A stretch of 64,000 nt of DNA from Pristiophorus japonicus. Its lineage: Eukaryota. Every line of letters starts with the position of its first letter. Positions within the stretch are counted from its first letter, which is position 1. The notes beneath the pieces are model-generated. The model searched no databases and was not told the DNA's origin. It worked only from the letters and a program-made list of their open reading frames with translations. A program made the position numbers and the translations under genes. Where the stretch lies: contig NC_091980.1 of the NCBI RefSeq assembly GCF_044704955.1, positions 129,146,001 to 129,210,000 on the forward strand, written 5' to 3'. Shown one piece after another: positions 52,341 to 64,000 of this stretch.

Positions 52341-53685
52341 AGGAGAGGGGATTTGGGGGAGGGGGCTGGGGGAGATCAGTCTTGGTGATGTCACTGCCTT
52401 TGGGTTCCTTGAATGTCTTCAAATCTGAAAGTGTGCCATTGTTTAACGCTCTCACTTGAATGAAATGATAATTTTCTACGTTTGCCAAAGGAGTTTTGCA
52501 TAATCTGGCGAAGTTTGTAACTTGCAAGTTTCTGTGGCACTGAGACAATATTCAAAGCAATCAAGTCGTCTTGGTGCATTTACAAACCAACCATTGGCCA
52601 GTGGAATGGGAATTCCATCCTGTGGATGGTGTGAACTGCCCCCAGTTCGAATATAGAGAATGGGCATGTGTCTGAGGATTGGCTATATGGGGGCATCAAC
52701 GATCTGTCATTTTTATTCTCATGGAATGATGCCTGGTAAAATTCAATATATTGAGTGAGAATGAGAGGGAGTGAACATTACTGAACACATTGTCACCCAC
52801 ATCTCCATTTGATAGAGGGATTCAAAATCATGAGGTGTCTGGACAGAGTCGATAGACAGGAACTGTTCCCATTGGCAGAAGGGTCAAGAACCAGAGGACA
52901 CAGATTTAAAGTGACTGGCAAAAGAACCAAAGGTGACATGTTTACGCAGCGAGTGGTTGGGATCTGGAATGCAATGCCCGAGAGGGTGGTGGAGGTAGAC
53001 TCAATCGTGGCTTTCAAAAGGTAATTGGATAAGTACCTGAATGAAAAATTCATAGCGGGTTTGTCCTTTTACAGTCAGTTTTCAGTGAGGCGAAAGAATA
53101 TTTAAATCTGATTGAAATGATGAATATTTAAATCTGATTGAAATGATGAGGCTCAGATATGCTCTAAATGTCTGGCTTATCATCGATTCTATCAGCACAG
53201 AAAGAGGCCATTCGGCCCATCGTGCCTGTGCAGGCACTTTGAAAGAGCGATCCAATTAGTCCCACTCCTCAGCTCCTTCCCCATAGCCCTGCAACTTTTG
53301 TCAATTATATATGCAATTCCCTCTTCAAAGTTACTGTTGAATCTGATTCCACCGCCCTTTCAGGCAGCGCATTCCGGATCACAACAACTCGCTGCGTTAA
53401 AATAATCGTCCTCATCTCTCCCCTCTGGTCATTGACCTTTCATGCTGGTGTATCCCGGAGATCCAAAGCCGTGACGTCTGATTTCAGTGCAGAAGTGGTT
53501 CAGTCCTGGATGAGCTGATGAGAGGTGTTCCCTTGGATTAAAACTCTGCTTTAGATTGGGCAGAGAGTGCGGCAGTGATTCAGATCCGGAGCCACAAATC
53601 ATACTATAGGCACTACCCTTTCGGGGGAGATGCCACCGATGAGCACAGTTGACCCATCTGAATCAAACATGAGATTGTACAACAA

Positions 53686-53991
53686 TCCCTCAGTACTGCC
53701 CTTCAGACAGTGTGGCAATCCCTTAGTGCTGCCCCTCCGACAGTGCAGAATCCTGTGAGTATCGTCCCTCTGACAGTGCGGCGCTCCCTCAGTCCTGCCC
53801 CTCTGACAGTGCGGCGCTCCCACAGTCCTGCCCCTCTGACAGTGCGGCGCTCCCTCAGTCCTGCCCCTCTGACAGTGCGGCACTCCCTCAGTACTGCCCC
53901 TCTGACAGTGCGGCACTCCCACAGTACTGCCCCTCTGACAGTGCGGCACTCCCTCAGTACTGTGTGTGTGTGTGTGTGTGTGTGCGTGTGT
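53686..53991. repeat. 33-bp minisatellite (~8 units) plus (GT)n
   Basis: Same unit, followed by a (TG)n run at 53961-53991. Confidence 0.9.
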
Positions 53992-55908
53992 GGGGCAGGG
54001 TCATTGAATACATTTAAGGTGGAGATAGATAGATTTTTGAACAATAGGGGAGTCAAGGGTTATGGGGAACAGGCAGGAAAGTGTTGAGACCAAGATCAGA
54101 CCAGTCATGATTTTACTGAATGGCGGAACAGGCTCGAGGTGCCAAATGGCATACGAATGTTATGTAAACCTCTCTGCCTCCTTTAAGACACTAAAATGTA
54201 CTTGTGATCCCACTGCCTTATGTGGCTGAACAAACGTGAACATTTTCAATTGTTGTATTACAGCATTGCAATGCAAGATTGAAATGCATGAATAGCATTT
54301 GCAAGATATACTCTTATGGATTAATGCTTGGGAGTCACAAGACACCAGAGGGCGCCGCGGTCGGAGATCATCAGGCTGTATACATGTGGCATGTGTGCTT
54401 GATCACCTGTATACAAGCTGGGTGTCTTTGTCACACTGGCACTCGGGCTGGAATAAAGATGGATGATGTTGCACCTGAGTGAGTTTACAATAACCAGATT
54501 TTTGAGTCGTTACATATACGTACAATTGAAATTAGGTCTTCAACATGTCTGAATAGCTATTGTAGATTGGGTATTGAGAAGGGGTTAATTAATAGTCTTT
54601 TTGTGCGGGATCCTTTCGGGAAGAATTATCATAACATGATTGCATTCTTCATGAAGATTGAAAGTGAAGTTGTCCAATCCAAAACTAGGTCCTAAATCTA
54701 AACAAAGGAAACGACAAAGGTATGAGGAATGGCTGTGACAGATTGGGAAGATTCATTAAAAGACATGATGGTGGATAGTCAATGGCTAACATTTAAGGAA
54801 CGAATGCATGAATCGCAACAATTATACATTCCTTTCTGCTGCAAAAACACAAAAGGCAAAGTGGCCCAACCATGATTTACACAAGAAATTAAGGATAATA
54901 TTAGATCCAAAGAGGAGTCATACAAAGTTGCCAGAACAAGTAGCAATCCTGAGGATTGGGAGCAGTTTAGTATTCAGCAAAAAAGGACCAAGAGATTGTT
55001 TAAGAGGGGGAAAATAGTGTATGAGACTAAACTTGCAAAGATCATAAAAACCGACTGTAAACATTTCTCCCATTATGTAAAAAGAAAAAGATGAGAGACA
55101 AATGTAGGTCCTTTTCAGTCACAAATGTGATAATTTATAATGGGGAACAAGGAAATGGCAGAACAATTAAATACTTTGGTTCTGTCTTCACAGAAGAGGA
55201 CACAAATTAACATCCCAGAAATGTTAGGGAACTAAGGGTCTAGTGAGCAAGAGAAATTAAAGGGAATGATTATTAGTAAGAAAATAGTGCTGGAGAAACT
55301 AATGGGACTGAAAGCTGATAAATCCCCAGGGCCAGAGTAATAAAAGTGGTAGCCATGGAAATAGTGGATGCATTGGTTATCAGCTTCCAAAATGCGATTA
55401 ATTATGGAACAGTTGCTGCAGATTGGAGGGTGGCAAATGTAACCCCACTATTTAAAAAAAGAGGGAAGAGAGAAAACAGGTAACTACAGCCCGGTTAGCC
55501 TAACAGCAGAAGTAGGAAGTGATAAAGGAACACTTAGAAAATAACGGAATTAGACAAAGTCAATATGAATTTATGAAAGGAAAACCGTGTTTGACAAACC
55601 TACTGGAGTTTTCTTTTGAGGCTGTAACTGAGATTAGATAAGGGAGAACCAGTGGATGTAATGTATTTGGATTTTCAGAAGGCCTTGGATAAAGTCCCAC
55701 AAGACTTTAGTGTGCAAAATTAAAGCACATAGAATTGGGGGTAATATACTGGCATGGATTGAAAATTGGTTAATTGATAGGAAACAGAGAATAGGAATAA
55801 ACAGGTCTTTTCCTGGGTGGTGGGCAGTGACCAGTGTGATACAAGGATTAGTGCTTGGGCCCCAGCTAATCACATCTATAAATAGATAGAGGAGGAAACC
55901 AAATGTAA
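53686..55908. repeat. Start of a third duplication unit (paralogous to ~34500-36630)
   Basis: Minisatellite, (GT)n, CR1 tail, solo LTR and old CR1 occur in the same order as at 34500-36630; homology resumes at 58458-58818 after a CR1 insertion. Confidence 0.85.
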
Positions 55909-58455
55909 CTAAATAAACAGGAAATTCGGGGTGCATGCAATAAAGGTGCAGCAGTTATAATGGGTGACTTTAATATGCACATAGATTGGGCTAGCCAAAC
56001 TGGAAGCAATACGGTGGAGGAGGATTTCCTGGAGTGCATAAGGGATGGTTTTCTAGACCAATATGTCGAGGAACCAACTAGGGGGGAAGCCATCTTAGAC
56101 TGGGTGTTGTGTAATGAGAGAGGACTAATTAGCAATCTCATTGTGCGAGGCCCCTTGGGGAAGAGTGACCATAATATGGTGGAATTCTGCATTAGGATGG
56201 AGAATGATACAGTTAATTCAGAGACCATGGTCCAGAACTTAAAGAAGGGTAACTTTGAAGGTATGAGGCGTGAATTGGCTAGGATAGATTGGCGAATGAT
56301 ACTTAAGGGGTTGACTGTGGATGGGCAATGGCATACATTTAGAGACCGCATGGATGAATTACAACACTTGTACATTCTTGTCTGGCGTAAAAATAAAAAA
56401 GGGAAGGTGGCTCAACCGTGGCTATCTAGGGAAATCAGGGATAGTATTAAAGCCAAGGAAGTGGCATACAAATTGTCCAGAAATAGCAGCGAACCTGGGG
56501 ACTGGGAGAAATTTAGAACTCAGCAGAGGAGGACAAAGGGTTTGATTAGGGCAGGGAAAATGGAGTACGAGAAGAAGCTTGCAGGGAACATTAAGGTGGA
56601 TTGTAAAAGTTTCTAAAGGTATGTAAAGAGAAAAAGGTTAGTAAAGACAAACGTAGGTCCCCTGCAGTCAGAATCAGGGGAAGTCATAACGGGGAACAAA
56701 GAAATGGCAGACCAATTGAACAAGTACTTTGGTTCAGTATTCACTAAGGAGGACACAAACAACCTTCCGGATATAAAAGGGGTCAGAGGGTCTAGTAGGG
56801 AGGAGGAACTGAGGGAAATCTTTATTAGTCGGGAAATTGTGTTGGGGAAATTGATGGGATTGAAGGCCGATAAATCCCCAGGGCCTGATGGACTGCATCC
56901 CAGAGTACTTAAGGAGGTGGCCTTGGAAATAGCGGATGCATTAACAGTCATTTTCCAACATTCCATTGACTCTGGATCAGTTCCTATCGAGTGGAGGGTA
57001 GCCAATGTAACCCCACTTTTTAAAAAAGGAGGAAGAGAGAAAACAGGGAATTATAGACCGGTCAGCCTGACATCGGTCGTGGGTAAAATGATGGAATCAA
57101 TTATTAAGGATGTCATAGCAGCGCATTTGGAAAATGGTGACATGATAGGTCCAAGTCAGCATGGATTTGTGAAGGGGAAATCATGCTTGACAAATCTTCT
57201 GGAATTTTTTGAGGATGTTTCCAGTAAAGTGGACAAAGGAGAACCAGTTGATGTGGTATATTTGAATTTTCAGAAGGCTTTCGACAAGGTCCCACACAAG
57301 AGATTAATGTGCAAAGTTAAAGCACATGGGATTGGGGGTAGTGTGCTGACGTGGATTGAGAACTGGTTGTCAGACAGGAAGCAAAGAGTAGGAGTAAACG
57401 GGTACTTTTCAGAATGGCAGGCAGTGACTAGTGGGGTACCGCAAAGTTCTGTGCTGGGGCCCCAACTGTTTATATTGTACATTAATGATTTAGACGAGGG
57501 GATTAAATGTAGTATCTCCAAATTTGCGGATGACACTAAGTTGGGTGGCAGTGTGAGCTGCGAGGAGGATGCTATGAGGCTGCAGAGTGACTTGGATAGG
57601 TTAGGTGAGTGGGCAAATGCATGGCAGATGAAGTATAATGTGGATAAATGTGAGGTTATCCACTTTGGTGGTAAAAACAGAGAGACAGACTATTATCTGA
57701 ATGGTGACAGATTAGGAAAAGGGAAGGTGCAACGAGACCTGGGTGTCATGGTACATCAGTCATTGGAGGTTGGCATGCAGGTACAGTAGGCAGTTAAAAA
57801 AGCAAATGGCATGTTGGCCTTCATAGCGAGGGGATTTGAGTACAGGGGCAGGGAGGTGTTGCTACAGTTGTACAGGGCCTTGGTGAGGCCACACCTGGAG
57901 TATTGTGTACAATTTTGGTCTCCTAACTTGAGGAAGGACATTCTTGCTATTGAGGGAGTGCAGCGAAGATTCACCAGACTGATTCCTGAGATGGTGGGAC
58001 TGACCTATCAAGAAAGACTGGATCAACTGGGCTTGTATTCACTGGAGTTCAGAAGAATGAGAGGGGACCTCATAGAAACGTTTAAAATTCTGACGGGTTT
58101 AGACAGGTTAGATGCAGGAAGAATGTTCTCAATGTTGGGAAAGTCCAGAACCAGGGGTCACAGTCTAAGGATAAGGTGTAAGCCATTTAGGACCGAGATG
58201 AGGAGAGACTTCTTCACCCAGAGAGTGGTGAACCTGTGGAATTCTCTGCCACAGAAAGTGGTTGGGGCCAATTCACTAAATATATTCAAAAGGGAGTTAG
58301 ATGAAGTCCTTACTACTAGGGGGATCAAGGGGTATGGCGAGAAAGCAGGAAGGGGGTACTGAAGTTTCATGTTCAGCCATGAACTCATTGAATGGCGGTG
58401 CAGGCTAGAAGGGCTGAATGGCCTGCTCCTGCACCTATTTTCTATGTTTCTATGT
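55909..58455 (+). mobile_element. Young 5'-truncated CR1 LINE (ORF2 endonuclease-RT)
   Basis: ORFs 55960-56616, 56704-57789 and 57811-58362 share one frame, separated by two stops. Motifs MGDFN, NYRPVSLTS, FQKAFDKV, KFADDTK; tail (TTTCTATG)2; ATGTAA target duplication (55903-55908/58452-58457). Confidence 0.93.
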
Positions 58456-58818
58456 AATATTTTCAATTTTCCCCCCAGTACAGGACTAAGGATGTCTTGC
58501 TGCAGTTTTACAGGGCCTTGGTGAGACCACACCTGGAGTATTGTGCACAGTTTTGGGTCTCTTTAAGCAAGAGAGAGTGCAGCAAAGGCTCACCAGACTG
58601 ATTCCTGGGATGGCAGGATTGTCGTATGAATAGAGATTGGGGGTCAATCAGGCCTATATTCACTAGAAGAGCGATAGGGGATTTTATTGAAACATAAAAC
58701 TCTGACTGGGTTCAATAGACTGGATGCAGGGAGGATGTTTCCCCTGGCTAGGAAGTCTAGAATAAAAAAGGGGCATAAACTCAGGATACGGGGTAGGAAA
58801 TTTAGCACTGAAATGAGA

Positions 58819-59652
58819 CACCTCAAACAGATTCACTGGCAGGCTGCTAGTAACATGGGCAGACAGCATCAGAGTAACCGATTGCTGCTAGAACCCAGCA
58901 AACACCACGAATGGGAGATAGGGGACCAGGTCATGGTGAGGAACTGTGCTCGGGTCGGGGTTTTTGAAGCATTATATATGGGACCATACAGCATAGTCGA
59001 CAAGGCTAGCCCTATGGTCTATGCGGTTCGACTGCCTCGCCGGGTGAAGTGGTATCACATTAATCAATGTAAATTGTTTGACCCCAAAAGAGGTAAAAAA
59101 CAGAGGGGACGAGCAAGGGAAGGGAATCAGGCACTGGGGGAAGAACAGGCCCCAGTGGATTTGGAGGCTCCGGAGGAGGCAGCGGGCCCCGAAGCTCTAC
59201 AGCCGGGGCTGGTTCATTGCTCCTGTAAGGCTATCCCACCACTGGGTAGAGGTTCCCAGCCCACTAACAGAAGTAGGGAGAAAGGCTCTACCATTAGCAA
59301 GGTTCAAGGGGAAGCTGAACCTCCCATGGTGGATCAGCTGGGGCTAGCCCAAGAGGTGGAGGAGATGGCATTGCAGCCCATAACGTGGGACTCTGCACCG
59401 ACAGTAAGGAGGAATCACAGAGTGCCACAGCCCAGGGCGCCGTGGTCCCCTGTTTACTTAGCCTCCCGCCCCAGACTGATACGGCGAAAGACAACAGGGA
59501 GGGTGCTCTGTTGCGCTAGCAAGGGTCTCCCACTGATTATCCGGGGCTCGGGAGGGCCTTGGAGGGCAGCACAAGAATCATTAAGGGGGACCATACGAGC
59601 CCCTCAGCGGAGGACATCCTGGTCCCCAGGGTACAGTCAGCCGAGTGGTTGA
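58819..59652 (+). pseudogene. Integrase C-terminal (GPY/F) domain with long extension
   Basis: GDQVMVR...GPYSIV...YAV...HINQCK pattern typical of Gypsy/retroviral integrase tails; joined in frame to an upstream CR1 remnant at ~58818. Confidence 0.75.
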
Positions 59653-59868
59653 CGACGCCTGTACAGTGACAGGATATAGCCTGGCCACCCGGGGACGGGT
59701 GGCGGTGTGTATATTTTCCCTTCCTGTTTTGTTACTTTGTGTTGTGAGTATATGTGTTTAGGTAAGGCAGTGACGGTTGGGTACAGCATTTTTGTGTTTG
59801 GAACATGTTAAGTGGGCCGAGCCTGGAGAGGTCTCTCAAGGCAAGGCCATGTTCTTCTTGTCTTTCAG

Positions 59869-62190
59869 ATGTCAACACCTCCCTACTGGACGTTAGTGAT
59901 GCTGGTATTGCTAAGGACTGCACCGGGCACTGAGGGGATACCGAGGACTCCCTAGTTTTCGGATGCTCCAGGAGCAGAGCGCCGACAGTGACCACAGGAG
60001 AAGGGACTCCGGTGGCGGATGGCCAGGTCACCTACTCCCACAAGGGGAAATGGCCTGGGTGGTTGGGATCGAACTCCACCAAGTACTCCAACCATAAGGA
60101 CTTTACCTACGGAGAGGCCTCCGTCCCCTGCCCGGAGATCACTGTGGCCACTTCCAGAGTGAGAGTGACAGAAGGCAGGAAGGTATGCCTAACTTGCCAA
60201 GGGGACATACCTCTGGGACGGTGGTGGTGGCTCAGAAAGCTCAAGAGGGACATGGGAGACCGACACTCGGACTGGGAACGTCTGGATAATGATACCGACC
60301 GAACCATCATGGGGTCATCTGGCGGGGTCACGGTGTGCTGGGAGAAATGGTGGGCGTACGAACAAGGAATTTATTTGTGTATGTGGGGATCCACTCGCGT
60401 GTGTTCAGAGGGGGCCTCCATTGCTTTTTATAGGTGGTGGCAGGATGTCGGGGATGGGGTGGTATGGGATCGCAGCGGGGAGGCGTGTGTGATCCCCAAT
60501 CCCCGGGTACCAGTAAATGCCACCGAACTTGTAGTTCGGGAAAGAAAACCCCCACCCACGGCCAAGCCCACCGTCCCACACGAGTGCCCGACAACAATCA
60601 GGGGGCCGGGGAATGGTTTAGTGTTGGTCCCTACCGAGAAACTATTTTATCAGGGGGTACACTACGCAGTCGCATCAGTGGTGCTAAATCTGACAGAAGT
60701 CCGCCTACCTACGTGGTGTCCCCGGGAAACCGAGCTGTTATACCAGGGAGATGTTCCGGAAGTTCTATGAACTGGACTTCGGGGATGTCAAAGTGACAGA
60801 CTTGTATAAACAGTGGGATAGGGCCGAACCGGGCAGGCAGAAGCCTGGCACTTTAAATGACATTCTTACGGGGTTTAACACCGGGGCGTCCGCCATAAAC
60901 AGTTTGAATAACATGCAGCTGGCCCTCCAGATAAATGGGTTAAAGAATCAGCTGCGCAAAGTCCTGGGGGACGAGAATACCGTAGTGGGATTCGCGCTCC
61001 ACGAAGAGGTGGCAATGACAGTTCACTTAAAGGAGATTATCTCTCAATTGGAGGCGCAGGCCAGGGCTGTAAACGCCTTGATTCGGGAGGATAGAAACGC
61101 CTCCGATCAAGCCGCCCAAAATGAGGTGTGCGTGCTCTATGGGGCCTGGTTGCTGGGAGAGGGACGGAGTAACCTCGAGGATCTGAGACAGGGACAGGTC
61201 CTCTCCTGGATCAGCAACCAGCACTTAGCAGCACTGCACCCTTATGATAATGTTTTGAGTCCTTGCCAACTTCGTGTAGCATTGGAAGCCTACCCGGTAC
61301 CGGTGGACTGTGGAAAGTCAAACCATACCATCATGGGTGTGGTGGTCAGGATGCCCGTGATGGGGGCGTCCCCACGACCAGCACCCCTGTACCGAGTGGA
61401 GAATGTGGGAGTCATTCGTGGAGGGGTGCATGTTCGATTCCAAGAGGTCCCACCTTATGTCACAATGTGGGAGCACACTGTGACAGGTACAGACCTCTCG
61501 GGTTGTCGGAGCAGGGGAGCACAGGTAATCCTGTGCCCCCAGCACTTGAACGCTTTTGCAAGGCCACAATGCGGGTTCAGCACTGCTGGGGCAGAGCCTA
61601 TCAATTGCACAATGGAGGTAATGGCCCCTAACCACATGCCTCCACAGGTAGCATATGTAGTCGGTGGGACATATTGTGTCACCACAAGTGCCCAACGGTA
61701 TGAACACGGACCGGGAAGGTGGTGTCCAATTCCGTACAGCAGCTTTTGCTTTAAACCCAGGGCAGAGGTTCAAGTGGACACACCAGAATCACACCCATCC
61801 CTGAACCTTCCACGATTCACCTCACGGTACAAAACAACCTCAGCCATCTACAACAATATGTCGCCCAGTTTGGCTATCCCATTGCCCCACTACCTGAGAA
61901 ACTTACAGCCCTCCTCCAGGCAGTGGATTTGTCTCAAAAACATTTTTTACACCATGGAGCAGAAAACTGAAATTCTAGCAGGGGAGATTGCCCAGATTAA
62001 ACCCCCAGCATGGTGGGATTTGGGAATACGGGCAGACATACCTGCATGGATCCGGGTGGGATCGCATGCCTTAGTAATCGGCCAACTCCTGATTGTAGCT
62101 TATCTGCTAGTTACAAGCTGTAAGCTCAGGAGAAAAAGAAAAAGAACGCAGTTCCTCAGGCTACTACACAGCCAGGAGAGCCGTTGCTAA
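59869..62190 (+). pseudogene. env: Envelope glycoprotein (signal peptide + Ig-like domain + class I F-like fusion protein + TM), four 1-nt frameshifts
   Basis: Splice acceptor tcttcttgtctttcag directly before ATG 59869; signal-like MSTPPYWTLVMLVLLRTAPGTEG; furin-like RQKP followed by GTLNDILTGFNTGASAINSL and a heptad repeat; Cys-rich region; C-terminal TM ALVIGQLLIVAYLLVTSC then KLRRKRKR; multiple N-X-S/T sequons. Confidence 0.8.
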
Positions 62191-62569
62191 ACACTCAAGG
62201 TGTGTAAACAAAGCTTGACCGCGACACTTAGGCGGTTTTGTTATTTCCAGGGATGACTGCGTTTTCATACATGGCCCCCGGGGAGTTTGCAGGGCAGGTT
62301 TCTTTGTTTTACGTTTGAGACCGAAATGAGACTCAATGTACAATTACTGCTGTAACCTTAAGTACGTATATGTATGTTGCTGTCGTGTATTGTAACCTGT
62401 TGGATTTCTGTGTTTAGTACTGCGTTAAAAGGAATTACGATATATATCGACGGGATCAGTTTAGAGTTAAACTGGGGAAAGTTGGGCAATTTGGGAGACC
62501 TAGGGTTTTCTCACCACCCTGAACTTTGACACACTCGAGTGGTGTCTGACTGTGTCAGATGGGGGATTA

Positions 62570-63857
62570 TGTAGGGGAGGACGAAAACCCCCTCATTTTA
62601 CCCAGAAGGAAAAGGGCTGTGGGATCAGTCTGTGCTGTGAATTGAAACCGATGGAAGGAAAATTTTGGGACACAAATGGAGACCCCCCCCGCAGTGTTTG
62701 GACTCATAGGAAAGGGAATTTAATTTGGAACTATCTACCAGAAAGTTTGAAATCCTAAAGTGCACATGGAAGAAACTACGATCTTTAATCGAATTTGGGA
62801 TTTTTTCAAAGGTCTGCAAGAAAAGGGGTGGGGTCAGTATCAAAAGGGCCAAACTGGACATTGGAACTAATCAAATTGTCTGGGAACTGTATATCCTGGA
62901 AACTTGCCCCTTGAAAACATTAACATTTAAACAATGCCACATTCATATTCCAACACCTTTTTCATCAGGCATAGAAATATCTGGCTCAGGCCAGACTAGC
63001 ACAATGGCTACAGGAGGCCAATGCAATCAACACCCACTCAAACCTTGAGTAGGTTAACATCAATCTAAAACTGCTGCAATTTTCAAAATCAAAAGGTCCA
63101 CCAATGAGAAGAATCGACTTCAGCAGGAGAGGCGGACTGGATAATCTGTCTATAAAAAAAGGGTTTCTGATGTCGGAAAAGAAGTGATGATTTTCCCTGC
63201 CCTCGTGATTCAACAACCACAACCACAAGCCTCTCGACACTGAAGGAAAACCAGTGTCCGAAGACACCGAAGATAGAAGAAACAAACCACCAGACTGCGG
63301 AAGGCACAGTAGTGAGTATAACCTCCGGTCCCCAGAACTCCCAACTCAGTTAGGCCAGGAAAGGTGGGAGGTTGGGCATTGTACTGCTAAACTGGTGTAA
63401 AGATTTTCGTTGGGTCCGTTTTAGTGGGATTTAGGGGGATTGTTTTGTTGGTGAATTGCTGTTTGTTGAGTTACACCTTGTCAAATAAATTGGAAGCCTA
63501 AAGTTCCTCTTGGAATCACCTTGTCTCAGTTCTATTGTATTACATCTCCTGATCGTGAGTCTTATGTCAGAACCGTGTAAGGGAAGCTAGGAGCGCCTCG
63601 AAAACGCTCAACTGTGTGTCACAGGCTAGGGAAGAAGGGGTTAGGAGTGTTTGACACTCACAGGTGCCTCACAGGCTAGGCATAAGCTGTGGGGACGCAC
63701 GAGTCTCAAAACCCCCTTCATAAGCTGTGGACACAGTCTCTCCAGGGGTGCTCTTGCAGCACTCAGGGTACCTCACAGGCCAGGCATAAGCTGTGAGGGC
63801 AGAAGCCCAGAGAGAGACAACCAAGGCACAACAACAACCCTGTGAAAACCCTTTACA
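62570..63857 (+). repeat. Putative 3' LTR (~1.3 kb)
   Basis: Starts TGTAGGGG after a purine tract, ends CCCTTTACA, has AATAAA at 63484; unrelated gag sequence begins right after. No 5' LTR in the window to confirm it. Confidence 0.6.
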
Positions 63858-64000
63858 CGATAGAGGCCCCAACCTTGAGTAAAGCCATAGCGAGAGCCCA
63901 GGTGTTCATTGCCACCAGTGACAATACGAAGCAAATCTCTCAGCACACAAGTGTTGCTACAAGTACTGTGAAAAAAGTGATGTTGTTTTCAAATCGCAAC
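63858..64000 (+). mobile_element. Fragment of another Mag-type Gypsy gag
   Basis: Reads IEAPTLSKAIARAQVFIATSDNTKQIS, similar to KDLTLERAALIAQTFMAGEEETKII in the Gypsy gag at ~15440-15510. Confidence 0.6.

Larger units (their letters stand above)
34165..53670. repeat. Segmental duplication unit 2
   Basis: Collinear with 1-24497 but lacking the Gypsy (14688-19406) and the solo LTR (11049-11261). Confidence 0.9.
58819..63857 (+). mobile_element. 5'-truncated endogenous retrovirus-like element (integrase C-terminus, env, 3' LTR)
   Basis: GPY/F integrase tail (WEIGDQVMVRN..LYMGPYSIVDK..WYHINQCK), env region, purine tract gatggggga then TGTAGGGG...CCCTTTACA LTR-like unit with AATAAA at 63484. Confidence 0.8.

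Noticed and set aside
53096-53149. ~26-bp tandem duplication (gaatatttaaatctgattgaaatgat x2)
   Set aside because: Simple slippage duplication private to unit 2, with no sign of function.
58687-59652. 321-aa ORF as a novel gene
   Set aside because: Chance in-frame join of a CR1 RT tail and an integrase C-terminus at a rearrangement junction.

Overview
Eukaryotic, repeat-rich vertebrate DNA, most likely from a cartilaginous fish (inferred from the CR1/L2/RTE/Penelope/Deu-SINE repertoire and the ferritin sequences). The window holds a tandem array of five 4-exon ferritin (H/M-type, 176 aa) loci, all on the minus strand. Four are intact (3307-7615, 27413-33307, 37696-41933, 49594-52158) and one is a pseudogene (20327-22848). 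The array arose through a ~20-kb segmental duplication (1-24497 vs ~34165-53670), and a third copy begins at ~53686. The ferritin 5'UTRs carry only a degenerate iron-responsive element or none, and one paralog has charge-reversing changes in the iron-entry channel. Between and inside the genes are a full-length Mag-type Gypsy element, a gag-protease-only LTR element, solo LTRs, a Harbinger-like MITE and a young CR1. At the right end is a 5'-truncated endogenous retrovirus-like element. Its env has a signal peptide, an Ig-like domain and a paramyxovirus-F-like fusion protein (lokiretrovirus-like). All family assignments come from motif recognition by eye, not database searches.
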